DNA of 64,000 nucleotides. Source: the human T2T-CHM13v2.0 reference genome, Homo sapiens. Numbering within the stretch: position 1 is the first letter of the stretch; each line of letters starts with the position of its first letter. The position numbers were made by a program, and so were the translations under genes. Positions 16,196-38,693 of the stretch are shown here, piece after piece. The notes under the pieces were generated by a model. The model worked only from the letters and a program-made list of their open reading frames with translations. It was not told where the DNA came from and did no database searches. The stretch lies in the NCBI RefSeq assembly GCF_009914755.1, contig NC_060932.1; one strand, 5' to 3'.

Positions 16196-16924
16196 ATAGT
16201 GTTCTCCCATTAAGAGGTACGTAATATTGTTTTGTCTCTTTGTGATGGTAGCAACCATTGATGCTCAATGCCTAAGTCCACCAATTCATTCGATGTTGAA
16301 AAATGGTTATATTCTATTATTCCCTTTTCACTTATTAACTGAAATACTTCTAAAAATAGAGCTAAAAGCACAAGAAGGCAAGAGAAATTTGCCCGTCTCT
16401 GCTATTTGGTAACCGAGCAGTTCAGTTTGTATAGAAAAGTCAGTATAAATGCTTGATTCTGTCCTTTTATTTGCCAGTTTTAAAAATAGATTTGGTTTCC
16501 TAGCATCATCTATTGATAAGTAGACTTAAAAAATACGTTATGAGGCGGGGCGCGGTGGTTCACGCCTGTAATCCCACCCCTTTGGGAGGCTGAGGGGAGG
16601 ATTGCTTAAGGCCAGAAGTTCGCGACTGGCCCTGGCAACACAGTGAAACCCTGTCTCTAAGAAAAAACTAAAAAAATTAGCTGGGTATAGGGGTATATGC
16701 CTGTAGTCCCAGCTACTTGGAGGCTCAGGAGGGAGGATTGCTTGAGCTTAGGAGTTTAAGGTTGCAGTGAGCTGTGATCATGCCACTGCCCTCCAGCCTG
16801 GGTGAAAGAGGTAGATCCTGTCTCACAAAACGATAAATACATATAATGTTATGAGCTTATGGATTTAAATATATTAAAGTATTTCAACTTATTGCAGTTA
16901 CTATCTTATTAATGTTCACATAGT

Positions 16925-18015
<1,091 letters not shown>

Positions 18016-19180
18016 TAGAAACACCTATCTTTGCTCAGTGGAACCGTCTTCAAATTGGTTATCTAATATAACAAAGTGTTTTAGGCTCATTTTGTACATT
18101 TTCTACCCCAGACTCCAAGGAGTCCTGGTTGCTTATAGTGGGAAATGGTATTTTGAGACCACTAAGGGTGTTCATGGGTGGTTGTCTTTTTTTTTTCCAT
18201 CTTTTAAATTTATTTTAAAATTGTGTTTTTTAAAGAATTTACCATCTTACCCAGTTTTAAGCATAGAGTTCAGTGGTGTTAACTATATTCACCTTGTTGT
18301 GCAACAGATCTCTAGAACTCTTTCATCTTGTCAGCTTGAGACTCTATGCCCATTGAACAACTCCCCATTTCCCCCTCCTCCCTTGGACTTTTGCCTTTTT
18401 GAAAATGGCAGGGCCAAGAGCCACGGCTCAAACCTGTGGTCCCAGCTGAGCCCAGGAATTTGAGGCTGCAGTGTGTTATAATCACACCTAAGAATAGCCA
18501 TTGCACCCCAGCATGGGCAACACAGTGAGACTTTATCTCTAAAAAAATGGAAAAAATCACACTTCTGTTGTAAAATATTTTTACCAACGTATGATTATTT
18601 TCTTCTTAAGTGTGCAGATTTTTAGGCCAAAACTCCATGCCATTTTTGGCTGCTAACCCTAAGCTATATCCTGTAAAGGATTTCAAGTAGCAAGATATCT
18701 AAAGGAATAGCTGTCTTTCTAAAATGGAGTGAGAGTTTTGAAATGAAATACATGTCATAACAAAAGGATGACATTTCATTATTAGGACTCAAAATGTTCT
18801 CTTGAGCTCTAGCTTGTTGTAGGTGAATACATTATTAAGACTGGTGGAGTCCCTGCCCACAGCACAGAATTACAGCTAGTGTCCCCTGTTTGGGGTCTTA
18901 TCTGGCCCTGTTCTGTCCTGTAACTAAACCTGCTGCTGAAAAGAAATAGTTTCCATGAGACTGTTTACTTCAGATCTATAGGTGCAGCTCTCTGGGCCAT
19001 GATAATTTGATTTGTTGTTGTTATTGTTGTTTTTTGAGATGGAGTCTCGCTCTGTCTCCCAGGCTGGAGTGCAGTGACATAATCTTGGCTCACTGCAAAC
19101 TCCACCTCCTCGGTTCAAGCAATTCTCTTGCCTCAGCCTCCTGAGTAGCTGGGACTACAGGCACTTGCCACCATGCCTAG

Positions 19181-20000
<820 letters not shown>

Positions 20001-20239
20001 TTATACAGAGCTGTAGGAGAGAAGAATAATGCAGAGGGAAAAGGAGTGCCTGTCTGTTGAGACTTTCAGGGGGACCTAGGGACTGGTTTTGTTACAGTTG
20101 ACTGGGAATTGTCTTGTTTATTTTATTTTATTTTTCATTTAAAAAATTTTTTTGAAATGGAGTCTTGCTCTGTTGCCCAGGCTGGAGAGCAGTGGTGCCA
20201 TCTTGGCTCACTGCAACCTCTGCCTCCCAGATAAAGTGA

Positions 20240-20461
<222 letters not shown>

Positions 20462-20499
20462 TGATCACTCTCATTTACAGTAAGTGTTTGAAGAGTACA

Positions 20500-20705
20500 T
20501 TCTAAATCATTTTTCTCTCTTCCTTTACAGGAAGTGCTCAAATGTTGAGCACACACACACAAAAAAAGAGGAAACAGTTGGATAGGAACTCAGAAATCAT
20601 GTGACTGATGACTAAGTTAAATCTTTTCTGCTTACTGAAAAGGAAGAGTCTGATGATTAGTTACTGATCCTCTTTGCATTTGTAAAGCTTTGGAGATATT
20701 GAATC
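20500..20705 (+). promoter_or_regulatory. LY96: LY96 proximal promoter/5'UTR with ETS (PU.1-type) sites
   Basis: CpG-poor, no obvious TATA box; CAGGAAGTG (20528-20536) and AAAGAGGAAAC (20565-20575) upstream of the ATG, fitting a myeloid promoter. Confidence 0.65.
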
Positions 20706-20817
20706 ATGTTACCATTTCTGTTTTTTTCCACCCTGTTTTCTTCCATATTTACTGAAGCTCAGAAGCAGTATTGGGTCTGCAACTCATCCGATGCAAGTAT
20801 TTCATACACCTACTGTG
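20706..20817 (+). CDS. LY96: LY96 (MD-2) exon 1 CDS (signal peptide, [38 protein letters not shown])
   Basis: Manual translation matches MD-2; donor GTG|GTAAGT; 112 nt. Confidence 0.97.
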
Positions 20818-21956
20818 GTAAGTAAAACCGCAAAACAAATAATTGTAGCATCAACTATTTTGAGGGTAAGTTTTCACGAGAACCGTACACTGTTGTGGCT
20901 GGAACACACGAAACATCAGTGTGTTCCAGCTGCTGTGGCGGACGCTGCCAGCAGGAAAAGCAATAGCTGGCAGCTGCCCCATGAGAATGTTCTCGACCAC
21001 TCACAGAGCTTGTGAGTCTCTAAACTGTGTTGTGCTTGACCTCCAAGTGCTTCTGTTCCCTGCGTCATCTTTCTCTACCCTGAGCCCAGTTTTTGGTTCT
21101 GCCCATTTTTAATAAAACCATCTGCTTCTGAGCTTTCACCTCAGCCTTGACACTTACTAGTTCTTCTTCTTGAGATGGTAGAGCAGTCCCAGCTGCTTCC
21201 TGGAGTTGATTTCTGCTCTAAGCTGTGACTCTTGAGTGCTCTTGGAATCATCCCCCTCACTGGATGAAAGCCTGGTTCTGTCACTAGCTGTGTGACCTTA
21301 AGCAAAGTACTCCAGCCTTTTTAGCACTGAAGTGAAAGTGATTTTATAGTCTACTTGATAAGGGTGTTGTGAGGTGAAGTTTTTTAGCATAGGGTCACAT
21401 AGAGACAATAATACTCTTAATTTTTTTTTGGAGTCAGCCATACCCTAATACTATTCACTGGCTGTGTCACTGTCCCCTGCCCCAGCTGCTCATTAGCAAG
21501 TGTCCTGGGATCTGAAGGCACAGTGTCAGGCCTGACAGCTGTTTTGGTTCGGTACTTTCCACCGTGCTGCTTACCATGGGTTGGCTGCCCTTTTCCACCC
21601 ACTAGCAATAGCTGGGAGGTTTAAAGTGGTGCTTCCCAAAATACCAGTTCTTTGAGATTCTTTTGGGAAAATAGGATCTATGACCTAATCATCTGGGAGA
21701 GATTTACAGATGTACTTTGGGTTCTGAGAAGTTCTGCAATAAAGGCACCTGTTTAACCACATTTTCAATTTCATTTGTTGTTTGTTTGTTTGTGTTTTAG
21801 TCTGGAGTGTATGTTAACTCTCTTGAGAAACATGCTCTGCCAAATGCTAATATAAAGTGACTTTCGGGAAATTGGGATAATTGCCACATGTGAGGAGGAG
21901 ACTTAGGAGTGTGGCCAGTCACACACCATGGCCCTTCTCCTGGTGGGTTGCACTGA

Positions 21957-22707
<751 letters not shown>

Positions 22708-22724
22708 TAAATAATTTTTTTTGA

Positions 22725-23033
<309 letters not shown>

Positions 23034-23237
23034 CTATATTGCCCAGGCTGGTCTGGAACTCCTGGGCTCAAGTGATTCTCCCACCTTGGCCTCCCAAAGT
23101 GCTGGGATTACAGATATGAGCCACTGCACCTGGCCTAAAATTTCACATTTTAATCATTTTTGAGTGTTTAGCTCAATTGTATTAAGTATATGCACATTGC
23201 TGTGAAACCATCACCGTTGGTGTATCTTTTGATTTGA

Positions 23238-23369
<132 letters not shown>

Positions 23370-24044
23370 TAGCTGAGATTACAGATATGCACCACCATGC
23401 CTGGCTAATTTGATTTGACTTTATGAAGGAGGATCTTCCTTCCTTCTCTCTGAGAAACCCTGTGGTCCTTTCCTGCTGCCCCACTGACAAAGGGACTGTG
23501 GGCAAGCCACTGGAATACACATCTACAGCAAGATGTTGCTTGTTGCCATCCCCACTGCCATATGACTGCCTTCCCGGCCTGAGAGAATCCATCCTGCCCA
23601 GCCAAAAATGCATCACCTGTGGGAAGCACTGATTCCTCTAGGTACCATTGTGAGGGTGTTGGTGACAACAACCTCTGATTCACTGTGATGATTTCCATGA
23701 AAAAGAAGAGATAGATTTCCATTTGGTCAAGCTGCTGGGCATCTAAGTGTATGTTTTTTTAAACACAGAGTCTTGCTCTGTCAGCCAGGCTGGAGTGCAA
23801 CGGTGGAATCATGGCTCACTGCAGCCTCAAACTCTGAGGTTCAAGTGATTTTCCCGCTTCAGCCTCCCAAGTAGCTGGGACTACAGGCGTGCACCACCAT
23901 GTCTGGCTAATTTTTAAGTTTTTTGTAGTGATGGGGTTTTGCCATGTTGTCCATGCTGGTTTTGAACTCCTGGTCTCAAGCAATCTTCCTGCCTCAGCTT
24001 CCCAAAGTGCTGGGATTACAGGCCTGAGCCACTGATTCCGGGCT

Positions 24045-24830
24045 ACAGTGTCTTAATTAGTTCAGGTGCCATAACAAAATACCACAGACTGGATGGCTCA
24101 AACAACAAAAACCTATTTTTTCACAGTTCTGGAGGCTAGAAGTCCAAGATCAAGGTGTCTGCATAATTGGGTTCTCCTGAGGCCTCTCTCCTTGGCTTAC
24201 TGCTGTGTTTTGAATTTTGTGTCCTTGCAAACTCATGTTGAAATTTAATTGCCATTGTGATGATATTAAGAGGTGGGACTTTTAAGAGGTGATTAAGCCA
24301 TGAAGGCTCTTCTCTCATGAATAAATTAATGTCATTATTGAGGGAGTGAGTTTCTCATAAAAAGACAAGTTTAGCCCCCTTATGTCTCCTGCTTTTGCCC
24401 CCTCTTGCCCTTCTGCTCTTCCACCATGGGATGAGACAGCAAGAACGCCCTTGTCAGATACCAGCACCTTCACATGGAACTTACCAGCCTCCGGAACTGT
24501 GAGAAATAAATTTCTGTTCTTTATTAAGTACCCAGACACCAATAATCTGTTATAGCAGCACAAAGTGGACTAAGACACTCGCAGCTGGCTGCTTTCTCAC
24601 TGTGTCCTCACATGGCCTTTCCTCTGTGTGTGCACATCCCTGGCGTTTCTTTGTGTGTCCAAATTTCCTCTTCTTATAAGGACACCAACAAGATTGGATT
24701 AGGGCCCATCCTAACAGCCTCATTTTAACTTAATTACCTCTTTAAAGGCACTGTCTCCAAATGCAGTCATATTCTGAGGTACTGGAGCCTTAACATGTGA
24801 ATGGGGACGAGAGGAATGAGGACACATTTC
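24045..24830. mobile_element. MLT1A-like LTR with a nested MST-like LTR (~24203-24578)
   Basis: CACAGTTCTGGAGGCTAGAAGTCCAAGATCAAGGTG outer part; inner part ends TATAGCAGCACAAAGTGGACTAAGACA. Confidence 0.65.
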
Positions 24831-25568
24831 TGTCGGTCCATAACATACAAAAATGGCAAAAATTGACTGATTTATTCTCCCAGTTTTGGAAAAGGCAAAA
24901 AATGTGGGTGTGTGAGTTGGTTCCTAGGATCTTAGGCACATGCTTTCCTATGATCCTGAGTCATTGGTCTCAGTTCTAATCTTTATTTTTTTTTTGCTAC
25001 AGATGGTTAGAAAATCCAAGGAATTAATAGATTATTTAGTGAAACCAATATTCTCTGAGCATTTAGCATGCACTTACTCTAGGAACTGAGGAGATAAGTG
25101 AATTAACAACAAAGACAAAAGTCCCTGCCCTTATGGATTCAGTAAAATATTCAGCATGTCAGATGGTGGTAATTGCTGTGAAAGAAAAATAAGGCTGGGG
25201 GATGCGGGGTAGAGGGTGCAAAGATGCAAAAATGGAGAAGCTAGGGGGTTGCATTTTAAATCAGGATGGCCAGCCAGATGTGATGGCACTCACCAGTAGT
25301 ATAGCCCAGCTACTCAGGAGGCTGAGGCAGGAGAATAGCTTGAGCCCAGGAGGTCAAGGCTGCAGTGAGCCATGTTTGTGCCACTGCACTCCAGTCTGGG
25401 CAACAGAGCAAGACTGAACCTAGCTAATTTTTAAATTTTTTGTAGAGACAGTGTCTTGCTGTGCTGCCCAGGCCAGTCCCAACCCCTGGGCTCAAGCAGT
25501 TCTCCTGCCTTGGCCTTCCAAAGTGCTGGAATTACATGCATGAGCCACCACGCTAGGCCTAAAACCTG

Positions 25569-25633
25569 TTTCTTTTCCTTCCTTCCTTCCTTCCTTCCTT
25601 CCTTCCTTCCTTCCTTCCTTCCTTCCTTCATTC

Positions 25634-25700
<67 letters not shown>

Positions 25701-25704
25701 TTTC
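25569..25704. repeat. Compound (TTCC)13/(TTTC)n microsatellite derived from an Alu tail
   Basis: Read directly; runs into an antisense Alu. Confidence 0.95.
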
Positions 25705-26879
25705 TGAGACAGAGTCTTGCTGTGTCACTGAGGCTGGAGTGCAGCACGATCTCAGCTCATTGCAACCTCCCAGGTTCAAGCGATTTTCGTGCCTCGGCCT
25801 CCCAAGTAGCTGGGACTACAGCCATGCATCACCATGCCTGGCTATTTTTTTCTGTTTTTAGTAGAGACGGGGTTTCACCATGTTGGTCAGGCTGGTCTTG
25901 AACTCCTGACCTCAAATGATCCACCCACCTTGGCCTCCTAAAGTGCTGGAATTACAGGCGTGAGCCACTGCGCCTGGTCCCGGCTAATTTTTGTATTTTT
26001 TGGGGGATGGGATTTATTTTTTTGAGATGGGGTCTTGCTCTGTTGCCCAGGCTGGAGTGCAGTGGTGCAATCTTGGCTCACAGCAGTCTCTGCCTCCTGG
26101 GTTGAAGTGATTCTCCTGCCTCAGCCTTCTGAGTAGCAGGGATTACAGGCCTGCGCCACCACACCCGGCTAATTTTTGTGTTTTTAGTAGAGACGGGGTT
26201 TCACCATGTTGGTCAGGCTGGTCTCGAACTTCTGACCTCAGACAATCCACCCGCCTGGGCCTCCCAAAGTGCTGGGATTACAGGCATAAGCCACCATGCC
26301 TGGTCTGTATTTTTTTAGTAGAGACCAGGCTGATCTTGAACTCCTGATTTTAGGCGATCAGCCTGCCTTGGCCTCCCAACGTGTCGGGATTACAGGCATG
26401 AGCCACCGTGTCCGGCCTTAAACCTGTTTCTGTCTAAGTCTTCTCCATCTCATCATCCACCTAATTCCTTAGGCCCCAAACCAGAAGTATCCTTAAGTAT
26501 CTCTTTCCCTCACCTATTACATTATTGTATTAGTCATTCCTGTTTTCATGATCTCCAGATTCTATTCTATATCCAAGTGCTTCTCACTGCTCTCTAACAC
26601 TCATGCCACATTTGTCTCTCCTTGGCCTCTACAAAAACCTCTTAAATTGCCCTCCCTCTGCTTCAGTTCTTGCCACCATACAATCTATTCTTGACACAGA
26701 GGCCAGAGAGATCTTTGCAAAATGAAAATAAGTTAGATAATGTGACCCCTCCTGCTGAAAATCCTCCAGTAGCTTTCACTACAATTAGAGTGAAATCTCA
26801 ACTTTATACCAAGACCTCCAGGACTCCTCAGGATCTTGAAGCAATACTAAGACTACCTAGAATTACAGTCTAATTAGGG

Positions 26880-27598
26880 GGTCCTTCCCACAAGTTTTCC
26901 TCCCACATCAGATGCCATGTGCAAGCCCTAGGCTGACACCTGTGGTTCTCACTGGCTATAAATTGGAGGTTCCCCTTTCTTGGGTTTGATCATTGTTAGA
27001 CTAACTCTCAGAACACAAGGAAACACTCATTTATGTTTACTGGTTTATTATAAAGGATATTATTAATACAAAGGATACAGACGAATAGCCAGATGAAAGA
27101 GATATATAAGGTAAGGTGCAGGATAAGGGGACCAGAGTGTCCATGTCCTCTCTGGGTGCACCATCCTCCTAGCATCTCCATGTGTTCACCAACCCAGAAG
27201 CTCTCCTAAACCTGTCGTCCAGAAATTTTTATGGGGTGTTCATCATGTAGGCATAATCGAATGTTAACTCTGTCTGTAGCCCTTCTCCCCTTCCTGCAGG
27301 ATGGGAGGTGGGGCTAAAAGTTCCAAGCTTCTCATCATGGCTTGGTCTTTCTCATAACTGGCCCTTATCCAGGAACCCACCAAAAGTTACCATTAGAAAA
27401 AAAGATGCTGCTATTGCCCAGGACAGTCTAAGGAACTAGAAGCTCTGGGCAAGAAATTGGGATCAAAAACCAAATGTTAGGACCAAAAATTCTCTTACCA
27501 CTCCCATTGTTCTGTAAACTACAAGGGTTTTAGGATCTCTGTGCCATAAACTGGGGCAGAGACAAAATATATGTTTCTTATTATATCACAGTATCACA
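26880..27598. mobile_element. MER21-like LTR
   Basis: CTGGTTTATTATAAAGGATAT...AAAGGATACAGACGAATAGCCAGATG...CATGTGTTCACCAACCCAGAAGCTCTC...TATATCACAGTATCACA. Confidence 0.7.
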
Positions 27599-27599
27599 A

Positions 27600-32430
<4,831 letters not shown>

Positions 32431-32440
32431 CCACACCTAT

Positions 32441-33128
32441 TGTTGTGGGAATCAGGAGGACGAGAGAGACCTCGGGGGAAAGCAAGAGGATCTTTATTGA
32501 ATGCACTCAGACCCAGCAGACTTAACATCCAAAAACTGGGCCCTGAACAAGGACAGCACTTGACTTTTATACACACTTCTAAAAGGGGGTGGGCTAGCTT
32601 GAAGCAGGCTTACAGTGGCACAAAAGCAAGGATATAGAGGCAGAACAATTAATCCAATTGTGACAGGTTCATAACTCAGGACTATACATGAACATTGCTA
32701 TGCAACCCAGATGTCTGTTATCTAGGTTTTGCTCAAAAGAGCCTTGCACTGGTTTATCTCATAACCTTCACCATGGTGCCCAGACGGCTGTAGTTCAGGC
32801 CTGCTCAGGCTTCTCACGACCTTCGCTGTACTTCTTAGGTAAAACAGAATACTTGAAGTTCCTAGTTACAGAGAACAAGAATCTGTAAACTCATATCATA
32901 AAAGAAAGGAAAATTTGTTTTTCCTCTCCCTATGTTGAGGGAGTGCTGGAAGAGTCTCCAGAGCACATTTCTTTGTGTCCTATCTTCTCAGATAGTGTTT
33001 ATCAAGACTTTTCCTGGGTCTGGGCCTTGCCTGCTACTGCCTTTGAGATGAGTCAGCCTAATACAGGAAAGCTTATTTCTTTCTCTTTTTAATTTTCTTT
33101 TTCTTTCTTTCTTTAATTTCCCACTTCA
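32441..33128 (-). mobile_element. Solo ERV1 LTR (HERV1/HERV3-group-like) in LY96 intron 1
   Basis: TG...CA termini, 4-bp TSD CTAT (32437-32440 and 33129-33132); minus-strand TATA-like and AATAAA motifs; TGAGTCA at 33049-33055. Subfamily uncertain. Confidence 0.8.
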
Positions 33129-34046
33129 CTATTAGCCTGGTTAGAGATTCTGGGGTCCTCTACCAACTCTTTCTCACTTCAGGGAGATGCAGGCAGCTGT
33201 GTTTTTTTGTCCACCTATTCCATACTGAGCCAGAGATGGGGTGGTGAAGGGAACTGTGGCATCTACCAGCCCAAGCTGCTGTCTCCATTCCCCTGCCAGG
33301 CAGCTAGACTATGCCAGACCTGTCAGAACTCTAGGACTGATGAGACAGATATAAGTTTTCTGGGGATCCCCAGAGAAATTGGGATGCTGGATGCATGGAT
33401 TAACTCTTTCCCTCCCCGGGAGAAAGCTGAGAGCTAAGATTTTTCATCTTCTCACTCTGTGCTGAGCAGAGGGGAGGATTAATGATGCCTATCTGCCCAA
33501 GCCACTGCCTTTATTCTCCCCTGGGTGGTAGACTGTGCCAGACTCATCAGAGCTCCAAGACTGGCAAGACAGAAGCCAGTCCTCTGGGGAGCCCTCGTGA
33601 AAAAGTTGGTGTTCTGGACATGTGAAACAACTTCTCTCCTCCCATGGGTGGAGCTAGGAGCTGGTTGGGGGGGTCTCTTCCTGATTGTATGACACCACAC
33701 CAGGGTAATAATCTCTGATTAGACAGTGTCCCAAGTCTCCCTACTGGCTTTGTTGAATCTGGTTTTGTGTTCTCCTTGCATGCAGGAGTCTTTCAATTAG
33801 TTTGATTTTTCATAAAGGGAATATTTCTGTAAATTGTTGTGTTAGTGGAGGCAAGAAGAGTTCAGGGCTTCTGATTCTGCCACATTGCTGATGTCATTCT
33901 TCTGGGGAGATATTTTCAATCATCATCAATTTTTCTTATTTTATAATTTTAATGCAAGATTCATCTTAAAAGGCTGATATTCAGAATACTATACTTAATG
34001 GAGATGATTTGTAGTAATTTATTGACATTATCTTTATTGCTTTTAG

Positions 34047-34136
34047 ATAAAATGCAATACCCAATTTCAATTAATGTTAACCCCTGTATAGAATTGAAAG
34101 GATCCAAAGGATTATTGCACATTTTCTACATTCCAA
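34047..34136 (+). CDS. LY96: LY96 exon 2 (DKMQYPISINVNPCIELKGSKGLLHIFYIP/R)
   Basis: TTTTAG|AT acceptor, CAA|GTAAGT donor; 90 nt, phase 1-1. Confidence 0.97.
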
Positions 34137-35346
34137 GTAAGTTCAAATTTTTGCTTTTATAGACCAATCAAAGGAGTTAAGAAATATCAGTGATAAATGA
34201 TTGTGTTTCAAATATACTTGTATTCGTTATCTATTGCTACGTAACAAATTACCACGATCTTTGTGGCTTAACACAGCACACATTTATTATCTCATCATCT
34301 TTGTTGATCAGTATTCTGGGCATAGCTTACCTGTGTCTGCTTCAAGGTCTCCCATAAGGCTACAATCAAGGTGTTTGCCAGGCTGGAGTCCCTTCTGAGG
34401 CTCAACTAGGAAATATATACTTCTAAGCTCACGTAGCTGTTGTCAGTATTCAGTTGTTAGTATTCAGTCCCTTGCTGGCTGTTGGCCACCCGTCAGTTCC
34501 TTACCACATGGGCATTTTCAGTATGGCTGCTTGCTTTTTCAAAGCCAGCGAGGGGGACAGTCAGCTAACTAGGCAAGTCACAATCTTATATAGCATAATC
34601 ATGGAAGTAACACTCCATCATCTTTGCTGTGTTCTATTGGTTAGAAGCAAGTCACTAGGCTAGCCCATACTACTGGGAGAGGATTACACAAGAACATGTG
34701 GGTAGAAATGGGAATAACTTCAGCTGTCCAACAATCTTACAGGTATATCCTTCATCAATCATTAGCTATAAGTAATATTGGGTTTCCATTAGTCAAAGAT
34801 CTGTGTGTCAGCAAGCCAGGACTTCAATATTTTTTAAAGATGGTCTTTCTAGAGAAAAATACAGTAATAATGGGATGACAGAAGGCCATGTGTTTTGTTT
34901 TGCTTTGTGTTGTGTCTTGGTTTTCCTCTCTATGACTTTGCTTGTTATCAGCTTAGAAAAAACTAACGCAGGTGGGGTGATAGCATGGGGCTGTATCTCA
35001 GTCTCTGTGCAGACACAAAACTTTTTCCTCTCCTACCAGTTACCAAACATTGTTTATTGCCTGTAAGCTCTGGAATCCCAGAAAACTTTAGTTTTAATCT
35101 TTATCATCATCATTATCACATAATTTACATCCTAGTTTAGATTTGGAGCTTGTTTTAGATTAATACTTTACAGAGTAGTTTTACATGAATAAGCTTAAAC
35201 ATTTTCCCCCGATTTTAGTTCTCTGGCTTACCAGAAAAATGAAAAACAACAACAACAAAATCCCCAAAACTGAGAACCCAGGAATGATAGACAACAAACT
35301 TGTGTTTTAATTTTCATGATTCTAGTTGTTCAACCTGTTTTTTTGA

Positions 35347-35698
<352 letters not shown>

Positions 35699-36981
35699 TA
35701 GGCCTCCCAAAGTGCTGGGATTACAGGCGCGAGCCACCGTGCCCAGCCAATAAGACATTCTCCTGATCTTCAGGAATCCATCAGTGCAATAGGAGAGACA
35801 GAACTGCAGATAGTATGGTATAAGTGAAGTGACAGCAACAGGGCTTAGTGACAGCACAGAGCAAAGGATGATTAACTCTATTTCCTTCACTTTCCTGGCC
35901 AAAGATAAAATAAATAATCTAAAGTTTTGCTTGGCTAAGGCTCTACAGTTTCTTCTTTTTTCCTAGGTTCTGTTTTCTGGTCTGTTGGCAGGTTTTACCC
36001 CTACACAATTGGCATAAAGGATGATTTACATAATGAATAATCTCACTTTCAAGTGAATCCCTTGCCCTTACTCGCAGGAAACAGGTTGTATCTTTCCAGG
36101 CCAAGATAATAAGACAGTACGAAATCATTTAGAGTTCTCTGAAAAGCAGACACTAAGAAGGAATTAGGCTAGAGATTTCTTGGAGGAAACGCTTGTGAAC
36201 AGTAAAGGGGAGAGGAAGCCAGAGTAGGCTAGGAGAAAATTCAGATTGGGGTGCAGGTCTGATACCTTTGAAAAGAGAGTAGGGAGGAAGGAGAATTAAG
36301 TAGGATAATCCTCAGACCAGAATGCATCCCTGAGACACTCTTGGGCTGGGCCAAATAGGAAGCCCCAGAGCAGAATGCCTGTTGTAAGAGACCCATGACA
36401 GGCGGGAGTAGCCTGGCTCTAGGGTCCTTGCAGTGCTGGATCATTATAGGAGCAGCCTACGAGAGGGTGGCCTCTGGCTGAGTGCTGAGATAGATGTGAA
36501 GGTATGGCAGCTGCAGGCTGTCTGCCAGCTACTCTTCTCACAGCAGCTGCTTTTGAAGGGAAATTTGAGGGACATACCTCAATGGCCATCACAAGTGTTT
36601 TATAATTTCTCACTAAATATGACATTTATATAACAAATTATATTAATTCATTAACAAAATAATTATTCAGTCATATTTTTATAGCGCAATTATGTTTCCA
36701 TAGAATATACTATAATGTTGGTATAAAGTGTGAGGCCACATTCATGGAAATCAACCTTATTTTTATGGCCTCATTTCTACTTGAATTCAGGAAGAGATAC
36801 AAGTACAAACTTGAACCAAAAATAGGTTGAGAATGGAAATGATATCTTTTGAGATGTCATAGCCTTGCTAGTAAATTATTTGTATATTATTAACTGATTG
36901 ACAAATCAAACTGGAGCATAAGCTTCCCTCAAGGTTATTTCTGGAAGTTCCTGGAATTGTCTTTGGTAAGCTAAAAAATAG

Positions 36982-37410
<429 letters not shown>

Positions 37411-38428
37411 TGACCACAGTGGTGTCCAAGGACAAGGAGTTTCTCACAACTTAAACTATTGAGTTGTCAAAGCAGGACTTCCTTTCCTGGAGTTATTGAA
37501 GACTGGAATCTTGCTGTGTTTCACGAAGAAATGGAAGAAGGTCCTTTGCCCTGCATTGTCACTGGACACCACAGTGGTGCTGTCTTGTGCTTCTGTGTCT
37601 CCAGGAATTCCTTATGAAAATGGTCTTTCAACTTCTACACACAGCACTGCTTTTGGAGAAGTTCAAGCCCAAGTCCATGGAGTAGGCCATGGGATCACTG
37701 TTTGAAACAGACGCCATGATATTCTTCTCCACACCCTACCCTGAAAGTTGAGAAGTGAAGACAAATTAGGAAAGTTGGTGGTGCTTCAGGTTCAGAGCAA
37801 TGAGGGCCTACATGAAGGCAGCGCGGTAATGGGGATGAAAAGGAGGTTAGAAAGATTTACTGGGACTGGGAATTCTAGTGCCAACTTGGTGATGAAGAGG
37901 AGGAAATCACTTTTAGATCTGTTGGGTGAGGTAACTGGGCAACATTTGAGTAGAGATATTGAATAAATACATGGGATCAATGCTCAGGAGAAAGGTTGAG
38001 ACTAAAGTTGACTTGAGAATTGTCACCTTATGTGGTACTTGGCCTGAGAGAGTGTGCAGAGTGAAAACTAAGGAGAACTGAGGATAGATCCTGGAGAAAT
38101 CCAGGAGTCGATGAAATAGACTGAGGAAGAGGAGTCAGAGAGATTGGAGGACACCTGGAAGGGAGTGGTTGCACCAACACCAAAGAAGGTTTAGGGAAAG
38201 GAGCAGGCAGTTCTGTTAAGCATAGCCAAGTTCAAATTAAAGTTAGAAAAGTTGTCTTTTGATTATGGTTACAATGAGTCATGGTGATCTTACTAGGAAA
38301 ATATTTTCAGTGAGGTAGTGGTTGCAAAATTGTTTTCTTTATGAAAAGGATTGTGCATCTTTTTTGGCCAGGCATGGTGGCTCATGCCTGTAATCCCAGT
38401 ACTTTGGGAGGCTGAGGTGGGTGGATCA

Positions 38429-38693
<265 letters not shown>

